A DNA stretch of 60,581 nt, filler included, from 8 parts of 8 records of this genome joined end to end with filler, not necessarily neighbours in it; one strand, 5' to 3'. Shown: positions 41,547 through 53,200, counted from the first letter of the whole stretch. The notes: a model not told the origin generated them from the sequence alone. Program-made: numbers and translations.

Positions 41547-44500
41547 TCGACCTCATCCAGAACACTTCTGATGGTTTTCAACATTTCAGTCAAGTCCAGT
41601 GGTTTCAAAACAAACGCGCTGACACCTCGGGAGCGGGCGTCCTCTTCGTTGACTTTGGTGCTGTACCCGGTAAACAGAATCGTCGGCAGCCCGGGTTTCA
41701 GTTCAAGCGCTTTCTCAATCAACTCCAGTCCGGTCACGCCCGGCATTGTCTGATCGGTAAACAACAGGTCAAAGTGATCTTTGTTGACCGTAAAAAACTT
41801 CAACGCTTCCTCGCTGTCGGTCATTGTGGTCACCTGATACCCCATTTTTTTCAGCATCTGGTCCACCACCTCCGCAACCATCGGGTCATCATCGACAAAG
41901 AAGATCCGCTCTGTTCCTTCCAGGGGCTCTGAAACGGATCGCCCCTCGACCACTGAAGAAGCTAGACCGACAATCGGGAAAAAGAGGTTAAATGTTGTCC
42001 CCTGGCCTGGAGCACTGTCGACGGTGATCACCCCGTCATGTTGCGCAACAATCCCCTGCACTGTCGCCAGCCCCATTCCGGCCCCTTCAAACATCTCTTT
42101 TGTCGTGAAGAATGGGTCAAAAACTCTCTGCTGCGTTGTTACATCCATCCCGCAGCCGGAATCCTGAACACTCAGTTTGAGGAAACGTCCGGGACTGACA
42201 TCAAACTGAGCAGGGATTTCACTTTTTTCGAGGGTCACGGCCTCAAGCTGAAGAAGCAGGTCCCCGTCCTCCTCCATGGAGTCGACCGCATTATTACATA
42301 AATTGACCAACGCTTCCTGAATCTGTGACTCATCAGCAGAAATCGTAGCCAGCTCCCCATCCGTTGAACATTGGCAATGCAACTGAACCGTTGAGGGGTA
42401 GGTTGATCTGAGAAGAGAGACTGTTTCGTTGACAATTCCATTTAAAGAGATGTGAGCCTTCTCCTGGAGCCCCTGCCGACTGTAAGTGATGATCTTTCGT
42501 ACCAGATCACGAGAACGACGGACGGCTGTCTTTGCATTCTCCAGTAACGGCGTCAGGTTGCTCTCCGCTGACTGTTGCATTTGAACTAAATCCAGATTGC
42601 CGAGAATAATGGACAGATTGTTATTAAAATTATGGGCCATGCCATGCGCCATGTACCCGACCGCTTCCATCTTGTGTTTCTGACGAAGCTGGTGTTCCAG
42701 TTCATTTCGCTCCGAAACATCATTGATTATTCCGAGTAGAACCTTTCGGTCAGCAAGAACCAACGGCTTCGCCTTAATCTCGACATCAAATAACTTTCCA
42801 GTTTTTGTTACGAATTTTTCATACCGGAAATTATTGAAATCTCCTTTTCGCGTTTCATCAAACCCTTTTGACATTGAACCTTCGATATCTTCCTTTGCAT
42901 GCCAGATGGCCTGTGTCTGTCCAATCAACTCTTCAGGATCCCACCCAACCATCTTTGCCATAACGTCATTACATTCTAAAATTTCACCGGTTTCAACGTC
43001 CGCAAGCACGAGACCGACAACCGCCTCTTTAAATAAAAGCGAAAATTTATCCTCCGCCTGTCTCCTGAGGGTGATATCACGGTTATTTCCACGACGCCCC
43101 AGAAAAGTCCCTTCAGTATCTGTGATTTCGCGGCAGTTGTGTTCAATCCACCGCGTCTCACCCGATTTTGTTTTAATCTGAAATTCCAGTGAACATTGAG
43201 AACCGACCTGCTGCTCATTTTGCGTGAAATGTTCGGCTGAGATTTCATCCTGGATCAGACTGACAAACAAGGAAGGGTCGTCACTGAGTTCCGTCGGTTT
43301 ATACCCGGTAATATCCTCACAAGCCGGTGAAATATATGCGTAGTTCCCTTCCTGATCGATCCAGTACTCCCAATCTGTCGTGTAATCTGCCAATAAACGA
43401 AATTTCCGTTCGCTGTCACGCAAAGCATCTTCTGACTTTTTGCGGTCACGAATGTCTCGAACATTGGAAAGGATGTATTTTTCTCCTTCAATCTCGACAA
43501 TTGTCGCGCTAACTTCAACAGGGATCTGTTCACCCGACTTTGTCACATGAACAGATTCAACAAACAACTCACCCGTTTCAAGCATTTCCTCACGTCGACC
43601 GCTGGCAACAACCTCGTCAATAATTTCAGGAAGAACAATATCGTGCGGACTTAAATTGAGGAGTTCCTCTCTGCTGTAGCCGTAAAAATTGACTGCTGCG
43701 TCATTGACTTCACTGAATTTAGCATATTCATTTGGAATGACTTTATGGAGCAGCAATACATCTTTCTGATTATTAATAACATCGCGGTATTTACGCTCAC
43801 TCGTTTCAAGTTGCTGTTGGGCCATTCTCAAGCGCCGGTTCGCACCTGCAATAAACGCAAGAATTAAGAGCAGAGCAACAATGACGACCGCCACTCCGGA
43901 TAACAGAGGAAAGAGCTTCTTCCAATCCAGCGTTTCAGGCGGTGAAAAAATGAATGATTCAGGTATATGGAATTGCGGAGGAACCGACCCAATTGCGATC
44001 ATGTGATGTGTCATTTGAGCCCACCGAGACAGACCCGTTGTTCCGATGGGAATTAAATCCGGTTCAACCACCGAAAGGACTTCGCGTGCTTCGAAGCGAA
44101 GCTGATCAATCGATTTTTCCGTTTTATACCTCGCCTGAATCAGATCAGCCGTTTCTTCCAGGTGATCAAGAGCGTATGACCAGCCCCGAATAGATGCCTG
44201 GCGAAATTTCTCGACAACATCTGCCCTCTCCTGAACCATCCGCTCTGATGTAAACAGGGAATCACCCAGGAAGTCGATGCCGTAGTCCTCTGGATTGATA
44301 ATATGAACGTCGTACCCCTTTTGGTGAATCGCGTAGGGCTCATTTGTCCGATAAACCTTGATCGCGTCGACGTCGCCTGAAATCAATGGCTTCAGCCCAA
44401 AGGCGGGGTCAATAATCTCGATCTGATCAAGAACCTTTTCCTGCTGCATCAGAGCAATCAAAGAAGCAGCTCTCTGCCCCGGAGGCAGCATCACTTTTTT

Positions 44501-44836
44501 ACCAGCAAGGTCTTGGGGCGTTTGAATTCCTGACGACTTAAGGGTCATCAGAACCGTTGGGTTACGCTGAAAAAAGGACGCGACGATGACCACTGGTTTC
44601 CCGTCGCTGCGTGAAACCAACAACCCACTTCCGCTGATGCCGAAATCAGACCGGCCGGAGATAACCTCTTCAACCGCATTGCTCCCCTTCTTCACTTCGC
44701 GAAGAGTCACATCCAGTCCGGCATCACTGTAATAACCCATTTCTTTTGCCACATAGTAACCGGCAAAATTAAACTGGTGATGCCACGGCAACTGCAGTGT
44801 GACTTTTTCCAACGCGAGACATGCTGCAGGGAAAAA
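41543..44836 (-). CDS. Hybrid sensor histidine kinase (NMT1/THI5-like periplasmic domain, PAS domains, HisKA, HATPase, receiver); 5' truncated
   Basis: LQLPWHHQFNFAGYYVA, a TM segment, PAS repeats, H-box MAHNFNN, NLCNNA, FDPFFTTK, GMGLA, and receiver FVDDD...TDQTMP. Confidence 0.9.
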   Translation of the reverse strand, partial: FFPAACLALEKVTLQLPWHHQFNFAGYYVAKEMGYYSDAGLDVTLREVKKGSNAVEEVISGRSDFGISGSGLLVSRSDGKPVVIVASFFQRNPTVLMTLKSSGIQTPQDLAGKKVMLPPGQRAASLIALMQQEKVLDQIEIIDPAFGLKPLISGDVDAIKVYRTNEPYAIHQKGYDVHIINPEDYGIDFLGDSLFTSERMVQERADVVEKFRQASIRGWSYALDHLEETADLIQARYKTEKSIDQLRFEAREVLSVVEPDLIPIGTTGLSRWAQMTHHMIAIGSVPPQFHIPESFIFSPPETLDWKKLFPLLSGVAVVIVALLLILAFIAGANRRLRMAQQQLETSERKYRDVINNQKDVLLLHKVIPNEYAKFSEVNDAAVNFYGYSREELLNLSPHDIVLPEIIDEVVASGRREEMLETGELFVESVHVTKSGEQIPVEVSATIVEIEGEKYILSNVRDIRDRKKSEDALRDSERKFRLLADYTTDWEYWIDQEGNYAYISPACEDITGYKPTELSDDPSLFVSLIQDEISAEHFTQNEQQVGSQCSLEFQIKTKSGETRWIEHNCREITDTEGTFLGRRGNNRDITLRRQAEDKFSLLFKEAVVGLVLADVETGEILECNDVMAKMVGWDPEELIGQTQAIWHAKEDIEGSMSKGFDETRKGDFNNFRYEKFVTKTGKLFDVEIKAKPLVLADRKVLLGIINDVSERNELEHQLRQKHKMEAVGYMAHGMAHNFNNNLSIILGNLDLVQMQQSAESNLTPLLENAKTAVRRSRDLVRKIITYSRQGLQEKAHISLNGIVNETVSLLRSTYPSTVQLHCQCSTDGELATISADESQIQEALVNLCNNAVDSMEEDGDLLLQLEAVTLEKSEIPAQFDVSPGRFLKLSVQDSGCGMDVTTQQRVFDPFFTTKEMFEGAGMGLATVQGIVAQHDGVITVDSAPGQGTTFNLFFPIVGLASSVVEGRSVSEPLEGTERIFFVDDDPMVAEVVDQMLKKMGYQVTTMTDSEEALKFFTVNKDHFDLLFTDQTMPGVTGLELIEKALELKPGLPTILFTGYSTKVNEEDARSRGVSAFVLKPLDLTEMLKTIRSVLDEVE

Positions 44837-44936
44837 NNNNNNNNNNNNNNNNNNNNNNNNNNNNNNNNNNNNNNNNNNNNTTAATTAATTAANNNNNNNN
44901 NNNNNNNNNNNNNNNNNNNNNNNNNNNNNNNNNNNN
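44837..44936. other. Artificial contig spacer
   Basis: N44-TTAATTAATTAA-N44. Confidence 0.98.
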
Positions 44937-45354
44937 TGAAAAGAACTTTGGAAAAGGTGGTTATACTAGGACCATTAAGACCTATAACTCAAGTAGAAGT
45001 TTCGCTGACTGACTGCTTTGCACTTGGCAGTATAGCGCCAGTAAGAGAAAGTGGAGATATAGCTAATTCTGCAACGATAACGATAAAAGGCCTAAGGGCG
45101 AAGTGGAGATTAAAGAGGGTTTGATTGTTGCGAAACGACATATCCACATGACAACAGAAGATGCTGAAAATCTTGGAGTTGCAGACAAGCAAATAGTTTC
45201 TGTTGAAGTTGACACTTCTAGACCTATTATCTATAAGGATGTTGTTGTAAGGGTTAGCGATAGTTATGCATTGGCAATGCACGTAGATACTGATGAAGCA
45301 AATGCTGCATTAATAGGCAGAGCAGGGTGCCAAGGCAAGATAGTAGAAGCTTAA
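44937..45354 (+). CDS. pduL: Phosphate propanoyltransferase PduL, C-terminal part (5' truncated; apparent frameshift ~45091)
   Basis: ILGPLRPITQVEVSLTD...PVRESGD, then IVAKRHIHMT and MHVDTDEANAA. Confidence 0.88.
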
Positions 45355-45373
45355 GAAGTACAAGCAAAGATTT

Positions 45374-45416
45374 AAAAAAGCACTAACTAATTTATTTTAG
45401 TAAGTGCTTTTGTTTT
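45374..45416. terminator. Probable bidirectional terminator
   Basis: AAAAGCACT ... AGTGCTTTT between convergent genes. Confidence 0.6.
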
Positions 45417-45430
45417 AATGATTATTACAT

Positions 45431-45928
45431 CTAATTTTTGCTATTAGATTTTTTAATATTGTCCATAATTGCATTAAATAAGCCTATATCTTGTAAGTCT
45501 TTGAAAGTAAAGGTATCACTTGCTAAAAGTTCTGTCATAGTCATTTGACCTGAAAAGACTTTCATTAGCATAGATATTTGATCGGAATTTAAGTTTTCCA
45601 GATTTAATGAGTCAATATTAATGTCTGACATAGAAAAACTATTGTCATTATCAATTAGCTGACCTAAACTTTCTAAAGGCTTTTCGTTGTCCAATATGTC
45701 CATATCAGATAATTCGTCTAGTGAGAAAAGATTATCCTTCATAAGGTTAAAGACATTAATTGCGCCGTTTTTAAAGTCATCTATAATTGATTGCTGTTCA
45801 TCTGTGTAATCATCAGTTTTGGTATCTTCACCATTTAAATAGGGCAGTATTGTGTCCTTAATATAGTTACGTGAAGCAAATAATGCTAATCCTAAAAGGA
45901 TTATAATAACCATTGTTTTAGTTTTCAT
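45431..45928 (-). CDS. Hypothetical membrane-anchored acidic protein
   Basis: N-terminal hydrophobic anchor and RBS AGGAGG; no family recognised. Confidence 0.65.
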   Translation of the reverse strand: MKTKTMVIIILLGLALFASRNYIKDTILPYLNGEDTKTDDYTDEQQSIIDDFKNGAINVFNLMKDNLFSLDELSDMDILDNEKPLESLGQLIDNDNSFSMSDINIDSLNLENLNSDQISMLMKVFSGQMTMTELLASDTFTFKDLQDIGLFNAIMDNIKKSNSKN

Positions 45929-45947
45929 GTATGCCTCCTAACTTATC

Positions 45948-47606
45948 TTAACAGTAGATTATATTTTCTATATCTTTTTTAATTTTTTCAATTTTTTCTT
46001 CTGCTGATTTTTTATCTACATCTTTTATGCAGCAATAAACTTTGAATTTTGGCTCGGTGCCTGAAGGTCTGAAAGCTACAAAACTTTCGTCTTCTAAATA
46101 CATTTTGATAACGTTAGCTTTTGGTAACCCCATAATGCCTTTGGAGAAGTCCTGCATTTTTGATATTTTGATACCGCCCATTTCGCTTTTGGTATTCTGT
46201 TTTAAATTTGACATGATTTCAGCAATTTTGTCCATGCCTTCTGAACCATCCATTTTGAAATTGAACAGCTTATCAAGGTAGTAGCCGTACTCTTTGTATA
46301 TTTGTTCTAGTCTATCTAATAAAGTCAAACCCCGCTCTTTATAGACTGCTGCCATTTCGCATGCCATAAATACAGCTTGAAGTGCATCTTTATCCCTAAC
46401 ATCATCAGAAAATAGATAGCCGTAGCTTTCTTCATAGCCAAAGAAGAACTTTTTCTGTGGTTCAGTTTTTTCGTAATTGTGAATAACATCCCCGATAAAT
46501 TTAAAGCCTGTAAGTACCATATCCAACTGAATGTTATTTACCTTACATATTTGCTTGCCTATATCTGATGTTACAACCGTTGAGACTGCATAAGAGCTAG
46601 AAAGATCAACATCTGAATACTTTATAATGTAATCTAAAAACAATGCTCCTGTTTGATTACCTGTAAGTAATACATATTCGCCTTGACTATCTTTGCAGGC
46701 AATTCCAACCCTGTCTGCATCGGGATCTGTTGTGACACATATGTCTGCATTGGCTTTTTTTGCATACTTTATAGATAATTCAAATGCTCCTGGTTCCTCT
46801 GGGTTTGGAGACTTTGTATTAGAAAAGTCAGGATCAGGGCTACACTGTTCCTTAACTAAGGTTAAATCATATTTTTCATATTCTAACATCTTTTTAGCCA
46901 GTTTATAGCTTGTACCATGCTGAGGTGAAAATACAACTTTTAGATTTTGTTTATTTACATTGTTTTTTATAGATATAGATTTAACAATATCTAAAAAAGC
47001 GTTGTCAATCTTTTCATCTAAATAGACAATATTTTCTTTAACATCATTAGGAATTGATATTTCTAATGCTTGAGGCAGTTTGTCAACATATTGTATAACT
47101 TTGCTTGACTCATCAGGTACTAGCTGACAGCCCAAGTCGTTGTATAGCTTATATCCGTTATATTGCGGGGGATTATGGCTAGCTGTTATAACGATGCCTC
47201 CTGCCGCATTTAAATACCTTACAGCGTATGAGAGCTGTGGAGTAGGAGCAAGCTCCTTAAATAGATACACCTTAATACCAAATGAATTTAATACTTGTGC
47301 ACTGGCATGTGTGAACTCCTTTGACATATGGCGGTTATCATGAGCTATTACTACACCTTGCTCTTTTGCGTCTGGATAATTATCCACTAGATACTGTCCG
47401 AAACCATAGTTGATTCTTTTTATATTGTATATATTTAGCCTGTTCGTGCCTAACCCTAGGACTCCTCTAATACCACCTGTACCAAATTCGATGTCCTTAA
47501 AAAAACTGTCTTCTATTTCGCTTTCAGTCATGCCCTTTAATAGTTCTTTTGATTTATCATCTAATTTATCACTATTGAGCCATTCGTTATATTTTTCTCT
47601 ATACAT
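45948..47606 (-). CDS. Phosphoglucomutase/phosphomannomutase (alpha-D-phosphohexomutase)
   Basis: FGTGGIRG, ITASHNP, DPDADR, GYEESYG and RPSGTEPK. Confidence 0.95.
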   Translation of the reverse strand: MYREKYNEWLNSDKLDDKSKELLKGMTESEIEDSFFKDIEFGTGGIRGVLGLGTNRLNIYNIKRINYGFGQYLVDNYPDAKEQGVVIAHDNRHMSKEFTHASAQVLNSFGIKVYLFKELAPTPQLSYAVRYLNAAGGIVITASHNPPQYNGYKLYNDLGCQLVPDESSKVIQYVDKLPQALEISIPNDVKENIVYLDEKIDNAFLDIVKSISIKNNVNKQNLKVVFSPQHGTSYKLAKKMLEYEKYDLTLVKEQCSPDPDFSNTKSPNPEEPGAFELSIKYAKKANADICVTTDPDADRVGIACKDSQGEYVLLTGNQTGALFLDYIIKYSDVDLSSSYAVSTVVTSDIGKQICKVNNIQLDMVLTGFKFIGDVIHNYEKTEPQKKFFFGYEESYGYLFSDDVRDKDALQAVFMACEMAAVYKERGLTLLDRLEQIYKEYGYYLDKLFNFKMDGSEGMDKIAEIMSNLKQNTKSEMGGIKISKMQDFSKGIMGLPKANVIKMYLEDESFVAFRPSGTEPKFKVYCCIKDVDKKSAEEKIEKIKKDIENIIYC

Positions 47607-47624
47607 GATTCTAACTTGCTAAAA

Positions 47625-48548
47625 TCATTTTTCTATTGATTTTAACATTTCTCCTTTTCCTAGTATTGTAAAATTATTGCTAATAGGTGCATAAAAAGTA
47701 TCACCTTTAGACAACTTAAAAAGCAGCTCTCCATCCATTAATATTTCCGCATTACCATCAATTAGGGTATACGCACCACTTGTATTTTCATTACCTATAT
47801 ATTTACCATCCACATTTATTTTTATTAATGTGAAGTATTCATTATCAGTTAATATTTGATATTTTGAGTTATCTGATTCAATTATCTTGCTTTTCTTATC
47901 AAATTTTATTACATCTAAAGCTTTATCAACGTGTAATTGTCTAGGCATTTTAGTTTGTTCATCTACTCTATCCCAATCGTAAATACGATATGTGATATCA
48001 GAATTTTGCTGAACTTCATATACAATAACATCCTTTAACAATGCATGTACCATGCCGGGATCTATTGCGATAACGTCGCCTTTTTTACAATTTAGATATG
48101 TTAAAGTTTGTGATATGGTATTGTTTTTGACTGCTTCTGTAAATTTTTTCTTTGAGCAATTAATACCTGCAATTATTTGAGCATCTTCTGGTGCGAACAG
48201 CACATACCAAGCCTCTTTTTTGCCTAATGAGTTTTCATGAACTGTAGCATATTTATCATTAGGATGAACCTGAACTGATAAATCCTTTTTATAATCGATT
48301 AACTTAATTAAAAGAGGGTATTGCTTTTTATTACCTAATACATTAGTATAATACTCACCAAAGTTCATGCCTTTATACTCGCCAGATGCGATTGTAGAAT
48401 TCCCTTTAGGATGTGCAGAAATTTCCCAGCTTTCACCTACATTATCTTGGGTATATTTTTTGTTTAGCTTATTCTTTAGTAACATACCACCCCAAAGATG
48501 AGTAAAAAAGATTGGGTTAAGTAACACGGGAGTTTCAATAGACTTCAT
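47625..48548 (-). CDS. manA: Mannose-6-phosphate isomerase, class I
   Basis: LWGG, GESWEISAHP, PLLIKLID, LSVQVHP and EVQQNSDITYRIYDW. Confidence 0.92.
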   Translation of the reverse strand: MKSIETPVLLNPIFFTHLWGGMLLKNKLNKKYTQDNVGESWEISAHPKGNSTIASGEYKGMNFGEYYTNVLGNKKQYPLLIKLIDYKKDLSVQVHPNDKYATVHENSLGKKEAWYVLFAPEDAQIIAGINCSKKKFTEAVKNNTISQTLTYLNCKKGDVIAIDPGMVHALLKDVIVYEVQQNSDITYRIYDWDRVDEQTKMPRQLHVDKALDVIKFDKKSKIIESDNSKYQILTDNEYFTLIKINVDGKYIGNENTSGAYTLIDGNAEILMDGELLFKLSKGDTFYAPISNNFTILGKGEMLKSIEK

Positions 48549-48587
48549 AAATTTTTCCTTTTGTATATTTTGAAAATTATCAAAAGT

Positions 48588-48616
48588 ATTTTATCATACA
48601 AAGCAAATAATGCCAA
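48588..48616 (-). promoter_or_regulatory. SigA-type promoter for manA
   Basis: Minus strand TTGGCA-N17-TAAAAT with extended -10 TG. Confidence 0.55.
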
Positions 48617-48637
48617 TTAATATTTGAAATTAAATAT

Positions 48638-48720
48638 AAAAAGATAGCACCAAGATAATGGTGCTAAAACTTTAAGAGAGTAAGAATTATACAATAGATA
48701 TAATAATTTAATATCTATGC
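48638..48720 (-). ncRNA. Candidate small RNA (5' hairpin, CU-rich single strand, terminator)
   Basis: TATAAT at 48732-48727; hairpin ATAGATAT/ATATCTAT; linker TTCTTACTCTCTT; terminator TAGCACCA/TGGTGCTA followed by TCTTTTT. No plausible ORF. Confidence 0.45.
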
Positions 48721-48863
48721 AACATTATTATAATGTGGATTTTAAAAAATAAAAGGAAATATTGAAAATATGATACAAATATTATATAATTCATGTACAA
48801 ACCTTATAAAACAAAAAAAAACAACTCAATAACTTTATTAACGCAAGGATGAAGGGGTGAAAG

Positions 48864-49301
48864 ATGGATAAAATTGATTTAAAAATACTAAATATATTAC
48901 AAAAAGATTCTAGAGTATCAAATAAGCACATTGCAGAAAAAGTTCACCTAAGTCCGCCTGCTGTCACTGCTAGAATAAGCAAACTTGAGAATCAGGGTAT
49001 AATTGAAGGGTACAGCACTATAATTAATGCTAAAAAGATGGATAAAAATATAATGGCAAGAATAAATCTGATACAGGTAAGAGGCACAAGAGAACAAATA
49101 GATGACCTTTTAATGAATAATCAAAATGTAATCAGCTATGAGCATATCACAGGCAGATATTCACTATCTGTGAAAGTATTAGTATCTCAAACAGCTGATC
49201 TCGAGGAGATGATTTATAAGCTAAGGAAATATGGTACTACAGAAACCCAAATAATTCTTTCAACCAAAAGGGTTGACAAAAGTATATATATGTTTGACTA
49301 G
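48864..49301 (+). CDS. Lrp/AsnC family transcriptional regulator
   Basis: MDKIDLKILNILQKDSR...LSPPAVTARISKLE...GTTETQIILST. Confidence 0.92.
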   Translation: MDKIDLKILNILQKDSRVSNKHIAEKVHLSPPAVTARISKLENQGIIEGYSTIINAKKMDKNIMARINLIQVRGTREQIDDLLMNNQNVISYEHITGRYSLSVKVLVSQTADLEEMIYKLRKYGTTETQIILSTKRVDKSIYMFD

Positions 49302-50221
49302 CTGTCATTACTATCATTTTCTTTTCCAAATTGAATTAGCTGATATCGTTTACTTATATTAAGTTTTGAAAAAATACGCTGAAGATGCGATTTAACTGTG
49401 TGTACACTTACAAACAGCTTTTTGCCGATTTCCTGATTTGACAGGCCTTTGGAGGCTAGGGTATATACTTCTAACTCTCTGTCAGTTAACCTATATTTTT
49501 CTTTAATTAATAAATCATTAGCTTTTGCTGCATTTAACACATATGATGTAGTGCTGAAACCCTGAAAGAATATAAGCACTGTGTAAGACATATAAGGAAT
49601 GCAGGTAAGCAGAATATGAGTTTTTTCGGCTAGTAATAAATCCAAGATTATAAATGGTATACTTGATAAGAAGATTATAGAATAGATTTTTTGGGGTTTG
49701 CCGATTTTTTTATAAAAAATGAGGGATATTAAGCCATACAAAGAAAGTACCCCTGTTAACATTGGAAAGATTAAATTAATTGCTAAATCTATATAATTCA
49801 GATGTTCTTTATGAGATTTTGAAATAAGTAGAAACAGAGTGAAGATAGCAAGTAAAATTGTTATGCCAGCTAAAATGTTGGTTACTATTTTCTTTTTATT
49901 AGTATTGATATTAGCTACAGCTCTATCAATAATAAAAAACACACTCAAAATAACGCATGCAATAAAGGCGATAGCGAAGAATAATGATATATTTATATTT
50001 AAATTTGATGAAGACTGATTATTGTAAGAAGTAATATAAACTAATTTATAAACTGAAACGATAATTAACACAACAGATATTGGGACAACTCGGAGTATTG
50101 ATTGATAATCGTATTTGTAATTAAGTTTTAACTGTTTATAAAAGGCAAGCATAACAACAGACAGCTGCCCAACTGAAAAAGCAACCATATGCGATAATAT
50201 TATAAGAACTGTTTTTGCCAT
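49298..50221 (-). CDS. Membrane-anchored LuxR-family HTH regulator
   Basis: Several hydrophobic segments, then LTDRELEV...GLSNQEIGKKLFVSVHTVKSHLQRIFSKL. Confidence 0.85.
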   Translation of the reverse strand: MAKTVLIILSHMVAFSVGQLSVVMLAFYKQLKLNYKYDYQSILRVVPISVVLIIVSVYKLVYITSYNNQSSSNLNINISLFFAIAFIACVILSVFFIIDRAVANINTNKKKIVTNILAGITILLAIFTLFLLISKSHKEHLNYIDLAINLIFPMLTGVLSLYGLISLIFYKKIGKPQKIYSIIFLSSIPFIILDLLLAEKTHILLTCIPYMSYTVLIFFQGFSTTSYVLNAAKANDLLIKEKYRLTDRELEVYTLASKGLSNQEIGKKLFVSVHTVKSHLQRIFSKLNISKRYQLIQFGKENDSNDS

Positions 50222-50225
50222 AAAT

Positions 50226-53200
50226 TCACCTGCTATTTTTTATAATGTTAATTATAGCAGGTAAATCTATACAATTCCATAGAATGGTGATATTTATACA
50301 AGGTATTCTATTTATCAGCAAGATTTTTTTCTTGTTTGTAATGTAATAAAGCTGAGGAATGATAAACAATACTAGCAGAGTTGATGTAAACATACCTCCC
50401 ATAAATGTAACAGCTAATGGTCTGAAGAAGTCTCCGCCAAATATTGCAAGCGGGATAATGCCTAGTATAGTAGTTAGGCTAGATAGAAGTATTGGGCGTA
50501 GGCGCCTGCTTACAGATAATACACAACTATCTTCTATACTATTTCCATCTTTAACACTTCTGTTAATGTATTCAACTAAAAGTATTCCATTGTTAACTAC
50601 TATTCCAATTAAAGATACTAACCCTAATAGACCTGTCAATGTTATATTTTCATTCATTATAAGTAAGGCAGCTAATGACCCTATGAAAGATAGTGGTATT
50701 GACATTAATATAATTAATGGCTGAATAAATGATTTGAATTGAAAGTACATAATCAAATATATTGCAACTAATGCAACAATAAATGCGATAAGAATAGAAC
50801 CTAGTAATTCGTTAGTAAGCTCATTGTCACCTTTTTTTATTACATTTATATCGTTATCATTATATTTGTTTATAATTTCTAATATATCATCTTCTAAATC
50901 ATATGTGCTGTACCCATCAGCCATATAAGCATCAATCGTTATTGATGGAGTACCGTCATACAAGCTGATATATTCAAGCTTCTCAATCTCTTGCAATGCA
51001 GCAATATCTTTAAGCTTAACTATAGTGCCGTTTGTTGATTTAATATTTAAATCTAGCAAATCGTCATGATTTTCAATATCAGTTTTAATCTTTATATCTA
51101 ATAATGTATCATCCATTTTATAAAGAGAATTTTTAATTCCATTAACATGAGTCGAGATTTGCTGCTGAACTTCAATTATTGTTAACTGGTTTTCTGCTAT
51201 TTTTTCCTTATTGAGTTCAAGTATTATATCGGTTTTTTTATCAGGAGCTATTAGTTGACCGTCCTTAAATGAATCCAATTCAGTTATTTCAGCAAATATT
51301 TCGTTTGATAAATCAATTAGGTTTTCATATTTTTTATCTGTTAAAATTAATTGTACTGGTGCAGTAGGCTGGGCTAATTCCAAACGGTTAATAGTTATCT
51401 CGCCATTTTCCAGCAATGGATATATGTCATCTTCTAGCTGTTTCATGTAATCAGCAAGTTCATGTGTTTCACAGTCGTATTCAATAAAGAATCTGCCGTT
51501 TTGCGGTAACTCGCTAACTGTGCCTAGAGTAAGATAAAATTTTGGCAATCCACCGCCTTGAGAAAAAGCGTAATTGATAACATCAGGCTGATTTTCAACT
51601 ATTGTTTCAATTTCTTTTGCATAATCATAGCTTTCTGCATTCTTGTTTTCTTCATAAGTATAGTCAATGTATACTATACTAGCTTCTGTTTTAGGGAGTA
51701 TATCTATTGTAAGGTTTTCAACTACAAAGTATGATAATATTCCTAAGATAATTATCGAAAGAGCTATAGGCAAAACTGATAGTTTAAACATAAAGTTTAG
51801 TATCTTTTCCAGTGTCTTATTTTTACCATTTGCAGCTTTGATTTTTGCTTTTTTCTTTTTATTAGGTTTAAAGAATATTTTTGCTAATGTAGGTGTTAAA
51901 GTCATTGCAACAAGATAAGATAGTATAATTGCAGTTAATACGGTTAAAGGAAGCGAGTAGGCCACATCCCCTGCAATTCCGGGCAAAGCAAGCAATGGAA
52001 TAAATGCAGCCACTGTAGTTAATGTAGATGAGAGAATGGGGACAGAATTATCTTTTACAGCTTTATGGCACGATGCATCATTTTTGAAGCCTAAGTCCAT
52101 ATAATGCTGCGCTGCTTCAGAGATTACTATGGAATTATCAACAAGTATGCCAATAGATACAATTAACCCCGCAATACTTATTAGCTCTAGTTTTTGACCT
52201 AATAGATATAAAATAGTTATTGTTGTTATAACAATTACAGGTATGGTTATTGCAATAGCTAAAGAATTCCTAAAACCTAGTCCGATTAACACAACAAGCA
52301 TTACAATAGCGATGCACTGCGCTAGGTTAATCATTACTTGATTTACCTGTTCCTTGACATATTGAGGTGAGAAAGTCATTGGGGTAATTGTTACATCATC
52401 ATCAAGTGAAGATGCATACTTTTCTACTGTGGTTTTAAGTTCATCGCCTATTACAGTAAAGTCAATATCTTCATGAAAGAAAACTTCTACAAAGGCTGCA
52501 GACTGCGAATTGAATTCGTATGTTTTTTTGTTTTCTGTATCTTCTAAAGATATTACAGCAATATCAGAAAGTTTGTATGTGCTGTATTCGTCTGAAAATA
52601 ATATAATGTCCTCAATGTTTTCTAGGGATTCATAATTGCTGTTAATTATTATGCTGGATGCTTCTCCATTAAATTCTGTAATACCCAGAGGAATCTCGGC
52701 AGCGTTTGCAAGAATAATATTATAAATATCCATAATAGTTAGTGGAAGCTGATTTAAAGTTTGATAATCTATCTCTACCACCACTTGCTCAGAATATGCA
52801 GAATCAACATTAGCTTTTATAACATTTTTAATCTCAGCAATTTCCTGGGATAATTCTTCTGCTATGTTATTAAGATCATATTCGCTGAGTGTAGAGCTGT
52901 GAATCGCATATATAGCTTGAGAGTCTTTCATATCAGTTATAAATTGAATATCAGTAACATTTTGGTGCCTGTCTAGGTATAATACTTTTGTTTTTATTTC
53001 CTCTAGAGTATCTTCAGAAGTAGAATCATCTAGGTTCATTTCAATTATGATAATACATACATTATCTAATAGGGTGGTTCTATACCCTTGAACATTAGAA
53101 TATTCATTTATTACATCGTGTATTGGCTCGGCTACATTATCCTTAATCTCTTCAGGATTAAGCCCTGGCGCTGTTACCTGAACGAATCCATAAAGAGCAT

